A stretch of DNA of 32,000 nucleotides from Methanopyrus kandleri AV19 (GTDB taxonomy: Archaea; JAADCQ01; Methanopyri; Methanopyrales; Methanopyraceae): the NCBI RefSeq assembly GCF_000007185.1, contig NC_003551.1, forward strand, positions 1,620,001 to 1,652,000, in the 5' to 3' direction. Within the stretch, counting starts at the first letter, position 1. Every line of letters begins with the position of its first letter. Made by a program: the position numbers and the translations under genes. Positions 7,366 to 16,165 of the stretch are shown here, piece after piece. Below the pieces are notes generated by a model. The model saw only the letters and a program-made list of their open reading frames with translations, searched no databases and had not been told where the DNA came from.

Positions 7366-8921
7366 GGTTTAATGCGTCCTAGAATGTCCAGCGATCGTGC
7401 GAGCCGTACGACCCGTACAATTCCGGGTGATCCAACGCGACGTGCTCCCTTCTCCAGTAACTCCCACTCTAAGTCGCTCACACCGCCTAACACCACAAGC
7501 AGGATCGAGTACGTGAGTGTCCCCACGGCAGATCCGAGTAACAGCTTCAGCAGAGCCCCGTTAGTGAAGAGCATGGACCACTCGGTCGTGAGCCATGCTG
7601 CAACGCCTGCGATCACGGGAACTAGCGCCCATCTCAGCTTGAGATGAGCTTTGGCGTGTACCATTACCGCGCGGACGATCAGGATCATCGCGAGCCAATC
7701 GGAGATCGCCGTGGCGACGGAAGCCCCGAAGATGCCCCACTTCGGTACCATGATTGCGTTCAGGACTACGTTCGCGACCAGCGAAAACGAGAGAACGACC
7801 AGCGGCAGGCGCTCGCGCCCTATTCCCTGGAGCAGGCTCGCACAGCTGCGGAAGACCACTATGAAAGCCATGGCGGTTGGCAGCACGTAAAGCGCCTGGG
7901 CACCCGGCCGAAAGGCGGGACCGAAGAAGAGCGTGATAAGGGGCTCCGCCAACGCGCCCGTCAGGACCGCCACCGGGATCAGCAACGTCCACATCGTCTT
8001 AATCGCTATATGGGCGTACTGGCGTAGTGTTCGCTCGTCCTTGAGGGCTTCGGCCTCGGAGGCCGCCGGAAGCAGCGCGGTCGCCACCGCCGCACACAAC
8101 GTGGTCGGAAGGCGAGCTATGGGACCGGCCGCGTCGTAGTACCCGACCCAAAGGGTCCCCAGAAAGTACCCAATCGCCAGGAGGTCGACGTTCGACTGAA
8201 TCATGTCCGCGATACCGGTCAGCGCGACCGGAAGGCCGAAAGTTAGGGCGTCCTTGGCGACACGGTCCGAAGGGAGCGGTTCACCCTCCCTGGGTATCTT
8301 CGGGAGGTACTCGCTCCTGAGCTTGGCCGCCCCGTAGAGTCCCGATGTGGCGTACGCCAGCGTCGCCGAGGCGAAGACAGCACCGGCCGGTCCGTACCCC
8401 GCCAGGATGAGCGCGGGTGCCCCACCCACTCGGGTCCCCTGCTCGACGAACTGCGTGAGGACGTACCGGCGCATGTCCTGGAACCCTTGGAAAACACCCC
8501 GGACGCACGAAGCGAAGGCCGCAAAGGGTAATCCTATGGCCATGATCAGGAGCGGCGTATAGAGGCGCGGATTGTGGAAGTACCACGAGGCCAGGTACGG
8601 GGCGGTTAACGCCAGTATCAATGCGGCGAGAGTGGACAAGGCAACCAAGACTAGCGTCGGGATCACGATGAACTGGCGGACCTTCGTCCCCTCGCCGAGC
8701 GCGTGGTACTTAGCGACGTACCTCGCGACGGCGGGTGGTACCCCGAAGGTAGCCAAGAACATCACGATGGTCTGTATCACCATGGTAGACGACACTATTC
8801 CGTACCCGTCGGGCCCCAGCAGGCGGCCCACGAGGAGCCGGTACACGTACCCTCCTAATCGAAGGAACAACGAGCCGACGAGGACCGTGAGACTGCCTTT
8901 AACGAGCTTGAGGAGGGACAA
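7362..8921 (-). CDS. MOP-superfamily polysaccharide/oligosaccharide flippase (Wzx/RfbX-like)
   Basis: 519 aa, hydrophobic throughout with roughly 14 TM segments. The N-terminal GSLFLRLGGYVYRLLVGRLLGPDGYG pattern is typical of polysaccharide-biosynthesis (Wzx/MurJ-type) transporters. Confidence 0.8.
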   Translation of the reverse strand: MSLLKLVKGSLTVLVGSLFLRLGGYVYRLLVGRLLGPDGYGIVSSTMVIQTIVMFLATFGVPPAVARYVAKYHALGEGTKVRQFIVIPTLVLVALSTLAALILALTAPYLASWYFHNPRLYTPLLIMAIGLPFAAFASCVRGVFQGFQDMRRYVLTQFVEQGTRVGGAPALILAGYGPAGAVFASATLAYATSGLYGAAKLRSEYLPKIPREGEPLPSDRVAKDALTFGLPVALTGIADMIQSNVDLLAIGYFLGTLWVGYYDAAGPIARLPTTLCAAVATALLPAASEAEALKDERTLRQYAHIAIKTMWTLLIPVAVLTGALAEPLITLFFGPAFRPGAQALYVLPTAMAFIVVFRSCASLLQGIGRERLPLVVLSFSLVANVVLNAIMVPKWGIFGASVATAISDWLAMILIVRAVMVHAKAHLKLRWALVPVIAGVAAWLTTEWSMLFTNGALLKLLLGSAVGTLTYSILLVVLGGVSDLEWELLEKGARRVGSPGIVRVVRLARSLDILGRIKP

Positions 8922-8933
8922 CGAGAGACCCCG

Positions 8934-9821
8934 TCACTCCTCGTACACCGGCGTACCTTCCTTCTTCGTGAGCTCCCGGAACGCCTCCATGATACGCCTC
9001 GTGATGGGTCCTGGGCACTCCTCGCCGATCTTCCGCCCGTCGACCTTCCTAACGGGGGCCACCTCCGCCGCCGTGCCCGTTAGGAACACCTCGTCCGCCG
9101 CGTACAGTTCTCCCAGTGTTATCCGCTTCTCTTCCACGGGTATACCGAGCTCCTCGCAGATCTCCATCACGGTCGCCCTGGTGATCCCCCGGAGAATAGT
9201 GTCCTCCGGTGGAGTGTACACGGTCCCGTCTTCCACCACGAACACGTTGTCACCGGTACCCTCGCAGACGTAGCCCTCGTGGTCCAACATGATGGCCTCG
9301 TCGGCGCCCGCCAGGTTGGCTTGGATCTTCGCCAGGATGTTGTTCAGGTAGTTGCACGACTTGATCTTCGGATCGAGCGCGTCCGGTGGAATACGACGCA
9401 CGGAGGCCGTGATCACCTCGATCCCTTTCTCGTACAGGTCCCCGTACAACGGCTCCATCGGCTCCGCGATGATCACCACGTTGGGTTCCGGACACTTCTC
9501 CGGGTCCAACCCGAGGTCACCTTCGCCGCGCGAGACCACCACCCGGATGTACGCGTCCCGGAGCTCGTTGGCCCGTACGGTCTCGATGATGGCCTCCTTC
9601 ATCTTCTCCTTGGTCATCGGTATCTCGAGCATGATGGCCTTTGCGGAGTCGTACAGTCTGTCGACGTGCTCGTCCAACTTGAATATCCGGCCATCGTAGG
9701 CCCGAATCCCCTCGAAGACGCCGTCGCCGTACAGGAACCCGTGGTCGTAGACGGAGATTTTAGCCTCTTCCCGGGGGACCAGTTCGCCGTTCAGGTAGAT
9801 GAGCTGCTCGCGCTCAGACAA
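8934..9821 (-). CDS. ilvE: Branched-chain amino-acid aminotransferase
   Basis: [50 protein letters not shown] indicates a fold-type IV aminotransferase. The ORF is open to 9956. Family alignment begins at TTG 9821 ([12 protein letters not shown]), which has a G-rich SD upstream; the 45 upstream codons look non-coding. Confidence 0.9.
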   Translation of the reverse strand: MSEREQLIYLNGELVPREEAKISVYDHGFLYGDGVFEGIRAYDGRIFKLDEHVDRLYDSAKAIMLEIPMTKEKMKEAIIETVRANELRDAYIRVVVSRGEGDLGLDPEKCPEPNVVIIAEPMEPLYGDLYEKGIEVITASVRRIPPDALDPKIKSCNYLNNILAKIQANLAGADEAIMLDHEGYVCEGTGDNVFVVEDGTVYTPPEDTILRGITRATVMEICEELGIPVEEKRITLGELYAADEVFLTGTAAEVAPVRKVDGRKIGEECPGPITRRIMEAFRELTKKEGTPVYEE

Positions 9822-10002
9822 CTCGGAACCCCCAGCCGCTGCCCGACGGGTAACGTTAAAACACTCTCCCTCCGGGGATCGCGTGGGGCTCGGAGGGGAG
9901 ATGCTCCAGTACGTGATCCTGGAGTACGTCCTCAGCACCGTCATTTCATTAGTCATCGAAAAGTATGTGGTGGACCCAACGACCCGGCGCTAAGTCCGTC
10001 AG

Positions 10003-11341
10003 ATGGCGGAGCGTATCGTTAGGGAAGTCCTTCGAGAGGCCCGGAGGCGCGGCGTGAGCGTGAGCGACTTGTTCAGCTCCGAGGGATGGGTCGTGAACGA
10101 GATCACCGACCGCATCTCGAGGGTGCTGGGATCCGTCGGGGCACCATCCGAGGACGTCCGAGAGAGCATCCTCGAGGAGACATCTTCCAAGCTCAAGTCA
10201 CCCACGACGTACCTGAGCTCGATCGCCGAGACGGTATCTCAGGTTCTACCCTGGGGCGAGGAGGACGCTGATGCATTACCGGACCACGACTTCTCGGAGA
10301 AAGTGCTGGACCATCTGCTCGAAGGAGCGGAGGAGTTCGTGTGCCTCGCGAGCCCGTGGGTGTCGAGCCCTAAGGACCTAGTCGAAGAGGGTGTCAGATC
10401 GCTGAGGGGACTCTCCGACCGCGACTTGGAACTCTATCTCCTGGTCGCGGCAGGTGAGAACGAGCGGGAAGTCCTACTGGAGTGGGCCTCGCTAGGGTTC
10501 GAGGTCCGTGAGGCGGAAGGGCGGCGGGAAGGTGACCTAGGGATCCACTGCAAGGTGTACGCCAACGAGAAGCTGGCGCTCGGGGCCAGCTGGAACCTGA
10601 CCGTCTCGAGCCTCCGACGCCTTCGGGCCATGCGCGAGGTGCATACTATCAACCCGAAGGCGGACGACTGCGAGGTGTGTAACGCGAACTACGAGCAACT
10701 GGTTTCAGAGTTCAACTCGCAGTGGTCGGAAGCCAAGCAGAGGTTCTTCCGGGATGAGGGTCTGAAAGGTCCGGCGATTTTCGAGGTGCGCTGGGACGGC
10801 GATCGGCCGACGGAGGTCGTCATCTACCGGGAGAACGGTGAGCGCTGGTTCACCGTCGAGCTAGAGGATAACCATGAGGGTTTCGTGTTCAACGAACGGG
10901 AGGGCCTACCGGTACGTCGAGGAGTACCGAGGGTTCACCGCTTTGACCTTCGAGGATCCCGACGCCGCGGCCAAGATCGTTTATCCCTTCGTCGGACTCA
11001 AGCTCGAGAGGATCCGTCCGGAGCATCTGGATGTCGTAGAGCGGGACGTGAGATGGAAAGATAACGCGAAGAAGTACAAACACCAGCTCACGGGCCGTCC
11101 CTACGACGGCGCACTCGTCGTCTGGGGCCTGGACCCGGACCCGAGGTCGGACTTCTACGTCGCGGGTGGGAAGCTCCTGGTGATCAGGTGCGAGGAATCG
11201 GGTGGGAGCATAACGGTAGAGTTCGTCGACGCCGCCGACCCAGGTAACCTACCCGACTGGGTCTCGGGTTCCGTGGACCTCGGATGGCTCTTCGACAGGT
11301 CCTCGGGAGAGGGGACCCCGACACTCTTCGTCTACGACTGA
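10003..11341 (+). pseudogene. HKD/phospholipase-D-like (Nuc-type) protein with an unknown C-terminal domain, split by an apparent +1 frameshift near 10896-10912
   Basis: ORF 10003..11064 (frame 1) carries FVCLASPWVSS and IHCKVYANEKLALGASWNLT, resembling HxK(x)4D...GSxN. After about 10905 its codons become GC3-poor and Arg-rich. Frame 2 (ORF 10874..11341) becomes GC3-rich and protein-like from about 10909 (YRYVEEYRGFTALTFEDPD...). Confidence 0.6.
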
Positions 11342-11368
11342 TTTTTCTTTCCTATTTTTTCTTTCCTA
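11342..11368 (+). terminator. Tandem T-rich direct repeat (TTTTTCTTTCCTA x2), a candidate oligo-T terminator
   Basis: It lies immediately after stop 11341. The two 13-nt copies sit at 11342-11354 and 11356-11368. Archaeal termination uses T tracts. The second copy overlaps the stop of the convergent NOP2/Sun gene. Confidence 0.4.
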
Positions 11369-12712
11369 CCCTTTTCCCTTCATCTTCGCGACGAAGAATC
11401 CTGCCGTGTCGTGCCTGAACGGCCAGTACCGCCGCACCTTCTTGTACCCAGAGAACCGCTCCCCTCGGAACTCCTCGATCCCGGGGGACCCTAGTACGCC
11501 GGCGTCGACCAGTTTCACGTCGAACTCCTCCAAGGCGCGCTTCACGATAGCCTCGTTCTCCTCCCACGATACCGAGCACGTCGAGTACACCAGCGTGCAG
11601 CCGTGTTCCTCGGCGATACGGAGCGCGGGCTCCAGTATCTCCCACTGCCTCTCTGCGAACCGCTCCAACGGCTTGGGCTTCCACCTACTGTCCGGGTTCC
11701 TGTTCCAGACCCCCGTGGTCGAGCACGGTGGGTCCACGAGGATACGATCTGGAACGTCGGGTAGGTCGTCCACCGTCAACCCGCGGGCGTCCCGGCAGAT
11801 AGTTCGGACGCAGGTGATCCCGAGCCGGCGGCACCGGCGCTCCAGGACCCGGAGTCCCCACTCCGACCTGTCCACGGCCCACACTTCGCCCTCGTCGAGC
11901 ATGCGCTCCGCCGTGTGCGTGGTCTTGCTACCCGGAGCCGCGCAGACGTCGAGCACGGTTTCACCCGGCTCGGCGCTCAGGGCGGCGGACGCGGACGCCG
12001 ACGCGAGGTCTTGCACGTCGAACAGTCCCTCCCGCCAAGCCCTCGATCCGTATCCGCGGCCCCTGACCAGCGCACGCACCTCCTCCAGGAACGTGGGCTC
12101 CGTCACGATACCGTACTCTCTCTCCAGGACGTCACCCGCGACCAGCGGGTCTAACTTCAACCGGTTTATACGGAGGTACTGCGGCGGCACCCGGTTGTTC
12201 GCGCGTAGGAGGAGCTCGACCCTACTCCGATCACCCTCGAACAAATCCAGCACGTAAAGGACGAACCACTCGGGATGCCCGTACTTCAGTGCGAGGCGCT
12301 CCGTCCACGGGCGATCCTCCAGCACGTCCTTCACGGAGACGCGTTCCACGCCGCGGAGCACGGCGTTGACGAAGGCTCCCGCCTTGCTCCCTACTAACCT
12401 CTTCGCGATCCTGACCATGCAGTCGGTCACCGCGGGTGGAGGGTTTCTCCAGATCTTCATCTCCAGGGTGCCGACCCTGAGGATCTGGCGCACGTAGGGC
12501 GACCTCACGTCCTCGGGATGTGCGTCCGAGCCCGCCGCCACGAGCTCGTCCAGTAGGTTCCGCCGCTTGATCGTCTCGTACACGAACGCCTGCACGGACC
12601 GTCGGACGTCGATCGGACGGTCCCGGCAGGTACGCTCCACGGCCTCGGGTATCGGCATTCCTCGGGTTTCCACGAGGACCAAGGCTTTAACCGCCAGCAG
12701 CTGGTTCTCCAT
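11366..12712 (-). CDS. NOL1/NOP2/Sun-family RNA cytosine-C5 methyltransferase (RsmB-like, with NusB-like N-domain)
   Basis: 448 aa; VLDVCAAPGSKTTHTAE (SAM motif I), DRILVDPPCSTTGV (motif IV Cys) and LVYSTCSV (motif VI Cys). Confidence 0.9.
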   Translation of the reverse strand: MENQLLAVKALVLVETRGMPIPEAVERTCRDRPIDVRRSVQAFVYETIKRRNLLDELVAAGSDAHPEDVRSPYVRQILRVGTLEMKIWRNPPPAVTDCMVRIAKRLVGSKAGAFVNAVLRGVERVSVKDVLEDRPWTERLALKYGHPEWFVLYVLDLFEGDRSRVELLLRANNRVPPQYLRINRLKLDPLVAGDVLEREYGIVTEPTFLEEVRALVRGRGYGSRAWREGLFDVQDLASASASAALSAEPGETVLDVCAAPGSKTTHTAERMLDEGEVWAVDRSEWGLRVLERRCRRLGITCVRTICRDARGLTVDDLPDVPDRILVDPPCSTTGVWNRNPDSRWKPKPLERFAERQWEILEPALRIAEEHGCTLVYSTCSVSWEENEAIVKRALEEFDVKLVDAGVLGSPGIEEFRGERFSGYKKVRRYWPFRHDTAGFFVAKMKGKG

Positions 12713-12738
12713 GCATCGCCACCCCGGCGGGTGATACG

Positions 12739-13479
12739 GTGGAGGTCATCAAGGTGGGCGGAGAGGTACTGGACCGTGTTGAAGACCTAGCCCGGGTCAT
12801 CGACGATTCCATTTTGGTGCACGGTGGCGGTCCGGAGGTCTCGGACGTGATGGAGCGCATGGGACTAGAACCGAGGTTCGTCCGCGGGCTCAGGGTCACC
12901 GACCGGGAGACGCTGCAGGTGGTGATGATGGTCTTGGCCGGTTTAGTGAACAAGCGTCTGGTGGCTGAGCTGCGCTCGGAGGGCATCAACGCGTTGGGCT
13001 TGTCCGGGGTCGACGGCGGTCTCCTGATAGCCGAGAAGAGATCGGAGGTAGTCGACGGGGAGGAGGTGGATCTCGGGTACGTGGGTGACGTCAAGCGCGT
13101 CAACGCCGAGCTACTCGAATCACTGCTGGACGCCGGGTACGTCCCGGTGGTCGCCCCCCTTGGGGCGGGCGAAGACGGGACCGTGTACAACGTGAACGCC
13201 GATACAGCCGCGGGGGCCATCGCCGGAGCGGTGCGTGCGGATCGGCTCGTACTGCTGACGGACGTACCCGGGGTCCTGGAAGATCTGGACGACCCCGAGA
13301 CCCTTATCGAGCGGGTGCGCCCGGAGGACGTCGAGGAGCTCGAAGAAAAGGGAATCGTCACCGGAGGTATGGTGCCGAAGCTCGAAGCCGCCAAGATGGC
13401 GGTGGAGGCGGGATGCCGAGAGGCCGTGATCACGAACCTGGAAGGGTTGCTCGAGGGGAGGGGAACCATCGTGAGGTAG
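12739..13479 (+). CDS. argB: Acetylglutamate kinase (amino-acid kinase family)
   Basis: 246 aa, GTG start; IKVGG, LVHGGGP, YNVNADTAAGAIAGAV and TGGMVPKLEAA motifs. Confidence 0.85.
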   Translation: MEVIKVGGEVLDRVEDLARVIDDSILVHGGGPEVSDVMERMGLEPRFVRGLRVTDRETLQVVMMVLAGLVNKRLVAELRSEGINALGLSGVDGGLLIAEKRSEVVDGEEVDLGYVGDVKRVNAELLESLLDAGYVPVVAPLGAGEDGTVYNVNADTAAGAIAGAVRADRLVLLTDVPGVLEDLDDPETLIERVRPEDVEELEEKGIVTGGMVPKLEAAKMAVEAGCREAVITNLEGLLEGRGTIVR

Positions 13480-13727
13480 CTGCGCACCTCGGCGAGAAAA
13501 TCGAAAAATATATCTCCAAACTCCCAAGCGTGTTGAACGAATGCAAACCCAGAGACCGTGCCGGAGAGCGTCTGCTAGACCTGGCGAGCAGGTACTTCTA
13601 CGATGCTCGGTACTTCCTCGACAGGGGCGAGATGGTGGAGGCTTTCACATGTCTGTCCTACGCGTGGGCCCTTCTGAGAGCCGGGGCCGAAGTAGGCGTG
13701 CTGGACGTCCCGGAGGATGAAGTGTGA
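13413..13727 (+). CDS. Small archaeal conserved protein, DUF357-like; start uncertain
   Basis: The C-terminal 75 aa (EKIEKYISKL...ASRYFYDARYFLDRGEMVEAFTCLSYAWALLRAGAEVGVLDV) match my recollection of the DUF357 pattern. The only canonical start (ATG 13413) overlaps argB by 67 nt. Confidence 0.6.
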   Translation: MPRGRDHEPGRVARGEGNHREVAAHLGEKIEKYISKLPSVLNECKPRDRAGERLLDLASRYFYDARYFLDRGEMVEAFTCLSYAWALLRAGAEVGVLDVPEDEV

Positions 13728-14437
13728 CCCGCCCGCAGGTGATGATTGTCATCCCGGCTGACCCTCCCGGGCATGATGGGGACCACCCAGCTGAAGGGGG
13801 CGTCGTCGTAAAATTGGTCCGACCCGTGTCGGTAGGGAAGCACGGCGGTGTATCTGTAGAAGTCCTACACCCGTCGGATCTTCCCCCACAGCTGACTTCA
13901 CTCTGTAAGATTAAGATCAACGGAGCTAGGGTCATCTCCCGTAGGAGCAATATCGTAGCCTTCCGAGGTAGGCCATCCCTGGAACCGCTCAACGACCTCG
14001 ACGGTTTCATGTCGATCGCCGCCCGGGAGAGCGAGGTCGTGATGGTCGGTGATCCGTACCTGCGGGTGCTGGCGGTCGAAGAGGGCGAACGGATCGTCGT
14101 AAATACGGATCGTCTCCTCGCCTGTCTCGACTTTGAGACCATAGAACTGAAGAACGACGAGATTACCGTGGTCGAATGCGTAGGACCAGACATCGTGGTT
14201 CTCGCGTGTTCGAGCCCCGTAGTAGCGTCGCTGAAGTTGGAAGGGGACACCGCACACGTACAGGCGGGGAGCATCCTGTGCTGGTGGAACATCCACACGG
14301 AGAACGTCGGTGACTTCCTCAGGCTCACGGGTCAAGGCCACGTGATGCTGTCCATCACCAAGAAACCGGACGCTACCGAGAAAGGCGCCAGTACCGAAAA
14401 AACCACCGCACCGAGGAAAGTCAGCTCTTGGATTTAG
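13724..14437 (+). CDS. Hypothetical beta-rich protein with weak AIM24/DUF124-like pattern
   Basis: 237 aa. GTGTGA start/stop coupling with the upstream gene. My hand count over 13898-14341 gives GC3 of about 74%, versus about 62% for the antisense ORF. Segments GERIVVNTDRLLACLDFETIE and FLRLTGQGHVMLS resemble AIM24-type repeats. The function call is weak. Confidence 0.6.
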   Translation: MTRPQVMIVIPADPPGHDGDHPAEGGVVVKLVRPVSVGKHGGVSVEVLHPSDLPPQLTSLCKIKINGARVISRRSNIVAFRGRPSLEPLNDLDGFMSIAARESEVVMVGDPYLRVLAVEEGERIVVNTDRLLACLDFETIELKNDEITVVECVGPDIVVLACSSPVVASLKLEGDTAHVQAGSILCWWNIHTENVGDFLRLTGQGHVMLSITKKPDATEKGASTEKTTAPRKVSSWI

Positions 14438-14479
14438 CGGCCCCCGATGGACCCAATCCGCAATAATGTTACGATCCTT

Positions 14480-14488
14480 GTAACGATT
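14480..14488 (-). other. Conserved tRNA 3'-trailer motif AATCGTTAC (+8 after CCA of tRNA-Gly)
   Basis: The exact 9-mer is shared with the trailers of tRNA-Phe and tRNA-Pro at the same offset. Here it can pair as GTTAC/GTAAC. Confidence 0.6.
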
Positions 14489-14495
14489 TGAGGTT

Positions 14496-14571
14496 TGGTG
14501 CGGCCGCCGGGATTTGAACCCGGGCCACGGGCTCGGCAGGCCCGCGTCCTACCAGACTAGACTGCGGCCGC
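14496..14571 (-). tRNA. tRNA-Gly (GCC), 76 nt, CCA encoded, C at position 8
   Basis: Hand-folded cloverleaf: acceptor GCGGCCG/CGGCCGC, D stem GUCU/GGAC, anticodon stem CGGGC/GCCCG, loop CUGCCGA, T arm CCGGG-UUCAAAU-CCCGG, ACCA. Confidence 0.95.
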
Positions 14572-14605
14572 TCGCTCCGCCGCCACCCGGCTCCCCATCT
14601 CCCTA

Positions 14606-15268
14606 CTAAATATCTTTTTCGGCCTCACGCAACGCCGCCTCTATCGCCGGGACGGCCTCCCCGATCACCTCGTACCCGTGTCCGGGGAAGATCGACCGAA
14701 CACCCGTACTCAGCAGCCGCTCCAGGGATTCACACAGCTTCTTCCTGTCCCCGCCCGGAAGGTCCCACCTACCCGGACCGAACCCGAACACGGTATCCCC
14801 GGTGAACGCCAAGTCACCGAGCAGGAAACAGCAGCTCCCGGGAGAGTGTCCAGGGGTGTACAGGACCTCCACCTCCTCACCACCCACGTCGAACGTCTCC
14901 CCATCCCGGAACGTGAAAGAAGGCTCGTACGCGGGCATCGGGCGTCCGAAGAGGTACGCCGCCGACAGCCTGTCGTCGCCCTCCCGCAGTACCTCGGCCT
15001 CCGCCCGGTGCACCCCTACCTCGAGCCCGGCCTCCAGGGCATCGGGACCCGCGGCCGCGTGGTCGAAGTGACTGTGCGTGAGCAGAGCGTACCTGACGTC
15101 CACGTTCCCCGGCAACCTGTCGATGACCTCCCCGGAGGCCCCGAGATCGATGAGGATCCCCTCGTCGCCCACGGCCAGCAGGTAGCAATTGCAGTCCGGC
15201 GAGGGTGTAATCCCCTTACCGCCGACCCGGAACACCCTCACCTCACCGTCGGAGTACACCTCCAACAA
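14606..15268 (-). CDS. Metallo-beta-lactamase-fold hydrolase (glyoxalase II-like)
   Basis: THSHFDH (HxHxDH), TPGHSPGS and a C-terminal GHG. Family similarity starts at LLEVYSDGEVRVFRVGG (TTG 15268 or 15265, or GTG 15259). The remaining N-terminal 117 codons of the listed 338-aa ORF are antisense to the neighbouring methyltransferase. Confidence 0.8.
   Translation of the reverse strand: MLEVYSDGEVRVFRVGGKGITPSPDCNCYLLAVGDEGILIDLGASGEVIDRLPGNVDVRYALLTHSHFDHAAAGPDALEAGLEVGVHRAEAEVLREGDDRLSAAYLFGRPMPAYEPSFTFRDGETFDVGGEEVEVLYTPGHSPGSCCFLLGDLAFTGDTVFGFGPGRWDLPGGDRKKLCESLERLLSTGVRSIFPGHGYEVIGEAVPAIEAALREAEKDI
14607..14614 (-). promoter_or_regulatory. TATA-like box GATATTTA upstream of tRNA-Gly
   Basis: AT-rich octamer about 36-43 nt upstream of the mature 5' end, implying a leader of roughly 10 nt. 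It overlaps the stop codon of the MBL gene. The other two tRNAs have the same spacing. Confidence 0.4.
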
Positions 15269-15283
15269 AGGGGCGACTCCCCC

Positions 15284-16138
15284 ATGCGACCCGAGGAGCT
15301 CGCGCTGAAGGCCGTACGGGAGGCCCTCCGCAGGACGGTGTTCGACCCGGACGCCTGGACGCACGTCACCGTGGTATCCGACGACGCCCTCCACGTGCAT
15401 ATCCTCACCAATCAGCGTAAGAACGTTGAGGGAAAGGGCGGCCGTAACCGACAGTACCTCGAGGGGTACGCCGAGGGGTACCTGGCCGCTCACGGACACG
15501 ACGTCGAGGTCCGCGTCTCCGTCGTCGGAGCGGGCCTGAGGGACGAGACCGAGGAGTTCCGGTACCTGCCGCTGAAGCGGGCCCTGAAAGAAGGGGTAAT
15601 CGAGGAGGGATCCCCTATCCACCGTGTCTGCGAGCGACTAGGGATCGGGTACGTCGTCCTCGGTGCCCGCGAGATCGTCGGACCGAACCCGGCCCTCGTC
15701 GAAGTCGTCGAGGGCCTCGAGGGAGAGCGCGCCGTCGACGTCTTCACGGGAACCGGCACGGGGGCGCTCGCCGCGGTCGAGGCGGGCTTCGAGCAGGTTT
15801 ACGCGATCGACGTGAGGGTACACCCCGAGGTCCGCGAGCGGCTGGAGTCGGAGGGCGTCGAGGTGATCGAGGCCGACTTCCGCGACGTCGACCTGCGGGA
15901 GTTCGAACCGATCGACCTCCTCACCGCGGACCCTCCGTACGCGTCCACACTCGAGTTCCTGGAGAAGCTGTCCGAGGAGCGTCCCCGGGTCGACACCGCC
16001 GTCGTCTGCCACGGCTTCTCCTCCTGGACGCGCGCCGTGCGGGAGATCCGGGGCTTCCTGATCGAGCTGTTCGAGGACGTCGAGCCGGTGTCCAAGTACG
16101 GCCACGAGCTCAGCGTCTGCCGCCGTCTACGGGACTGA
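15284..16138 (+). CDS. SAM-dependent methyltransferase with DPPY motif (RsmD/Trm11/N6-MTase-like)
   Basis: VFTGTGTGALAAVEAG (motif I), VYAIDV and DLLTADPPY (motif IV). Coding-like sequence starts at ATG 15284 (MRPEELALKAV...). The upstream 202 codons of the listed 486-aa ORF are the shadow of the MBL gene. Confidence 0.75.
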   Translation: MRPEELALKAVREALRRTVFDPDAWTHVTVVSDDALHVHILTNQRKNVEGKGGRNRQYLEGYAEGYLAAHGHDVEVRVSVVGAGLRDETEEFRYLPLKRALKEGVIEEGSPIHRVCERLGIGYVVLGAREIVGPNPALVEVVEGLEGERAVDVFTGTGTGALAAVEAGFEQVYAIDVRVHPEVRERLESEGVEVIEADFRDVDLREFEPIDLLTADPPYASTLEFLEKLSEERPRVDTAVVCHGFSSWTRAVREIRGFLIELFEDVEPVSKYGHELSVCRRLRD

Positions 16139-16165
16139 TCCATCGGACACCCGCTTCCGTGGGAG

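Noticed and set aside
8934-9956. Full 340-aa ilvE ORF including a 45-codon N-terminal extension
   Set aside because: The extension ([35 protein letters not shown]...) has no counterpart in the aminotransferase family and falls in the likely promoter region. TTG 9821 with an upstream G-rich SD fits better.
11342-11368. Short direct repeats as a CRISPR array or minisatellite
   Set aside because: There are only two 13-nt T-rich copies with a 1-nt spacer. No repeat-spacer architecture occurs anywhere in the window.
13645-14341. Protein-like minus-strand frame (ORFs 13898..14341 and 13658..13843, same frame) read through TGA and TAG as possible selenocysteine or pyrrolysine recoding
   Set aside because: Hand-counted GC3 is about 62%, versus about 74% for the plus-strand gene. 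Two different stop codons would both need recoding. No SECIS-like hairpin is apparent. The plus-strand ORF is longer and start/stop-coupled to its upstream neighbour.
14678-15283. N-terminal 202 codons of the 486-aa plus ORF, and likewise 15269..15622 of the 338-aa minus ORF
   Set aside because: Each extension is the antisense of the other gene's well-supported domain (MBL HxHxDH region; methyltransferase N-domain) and lacks coding-like composition.
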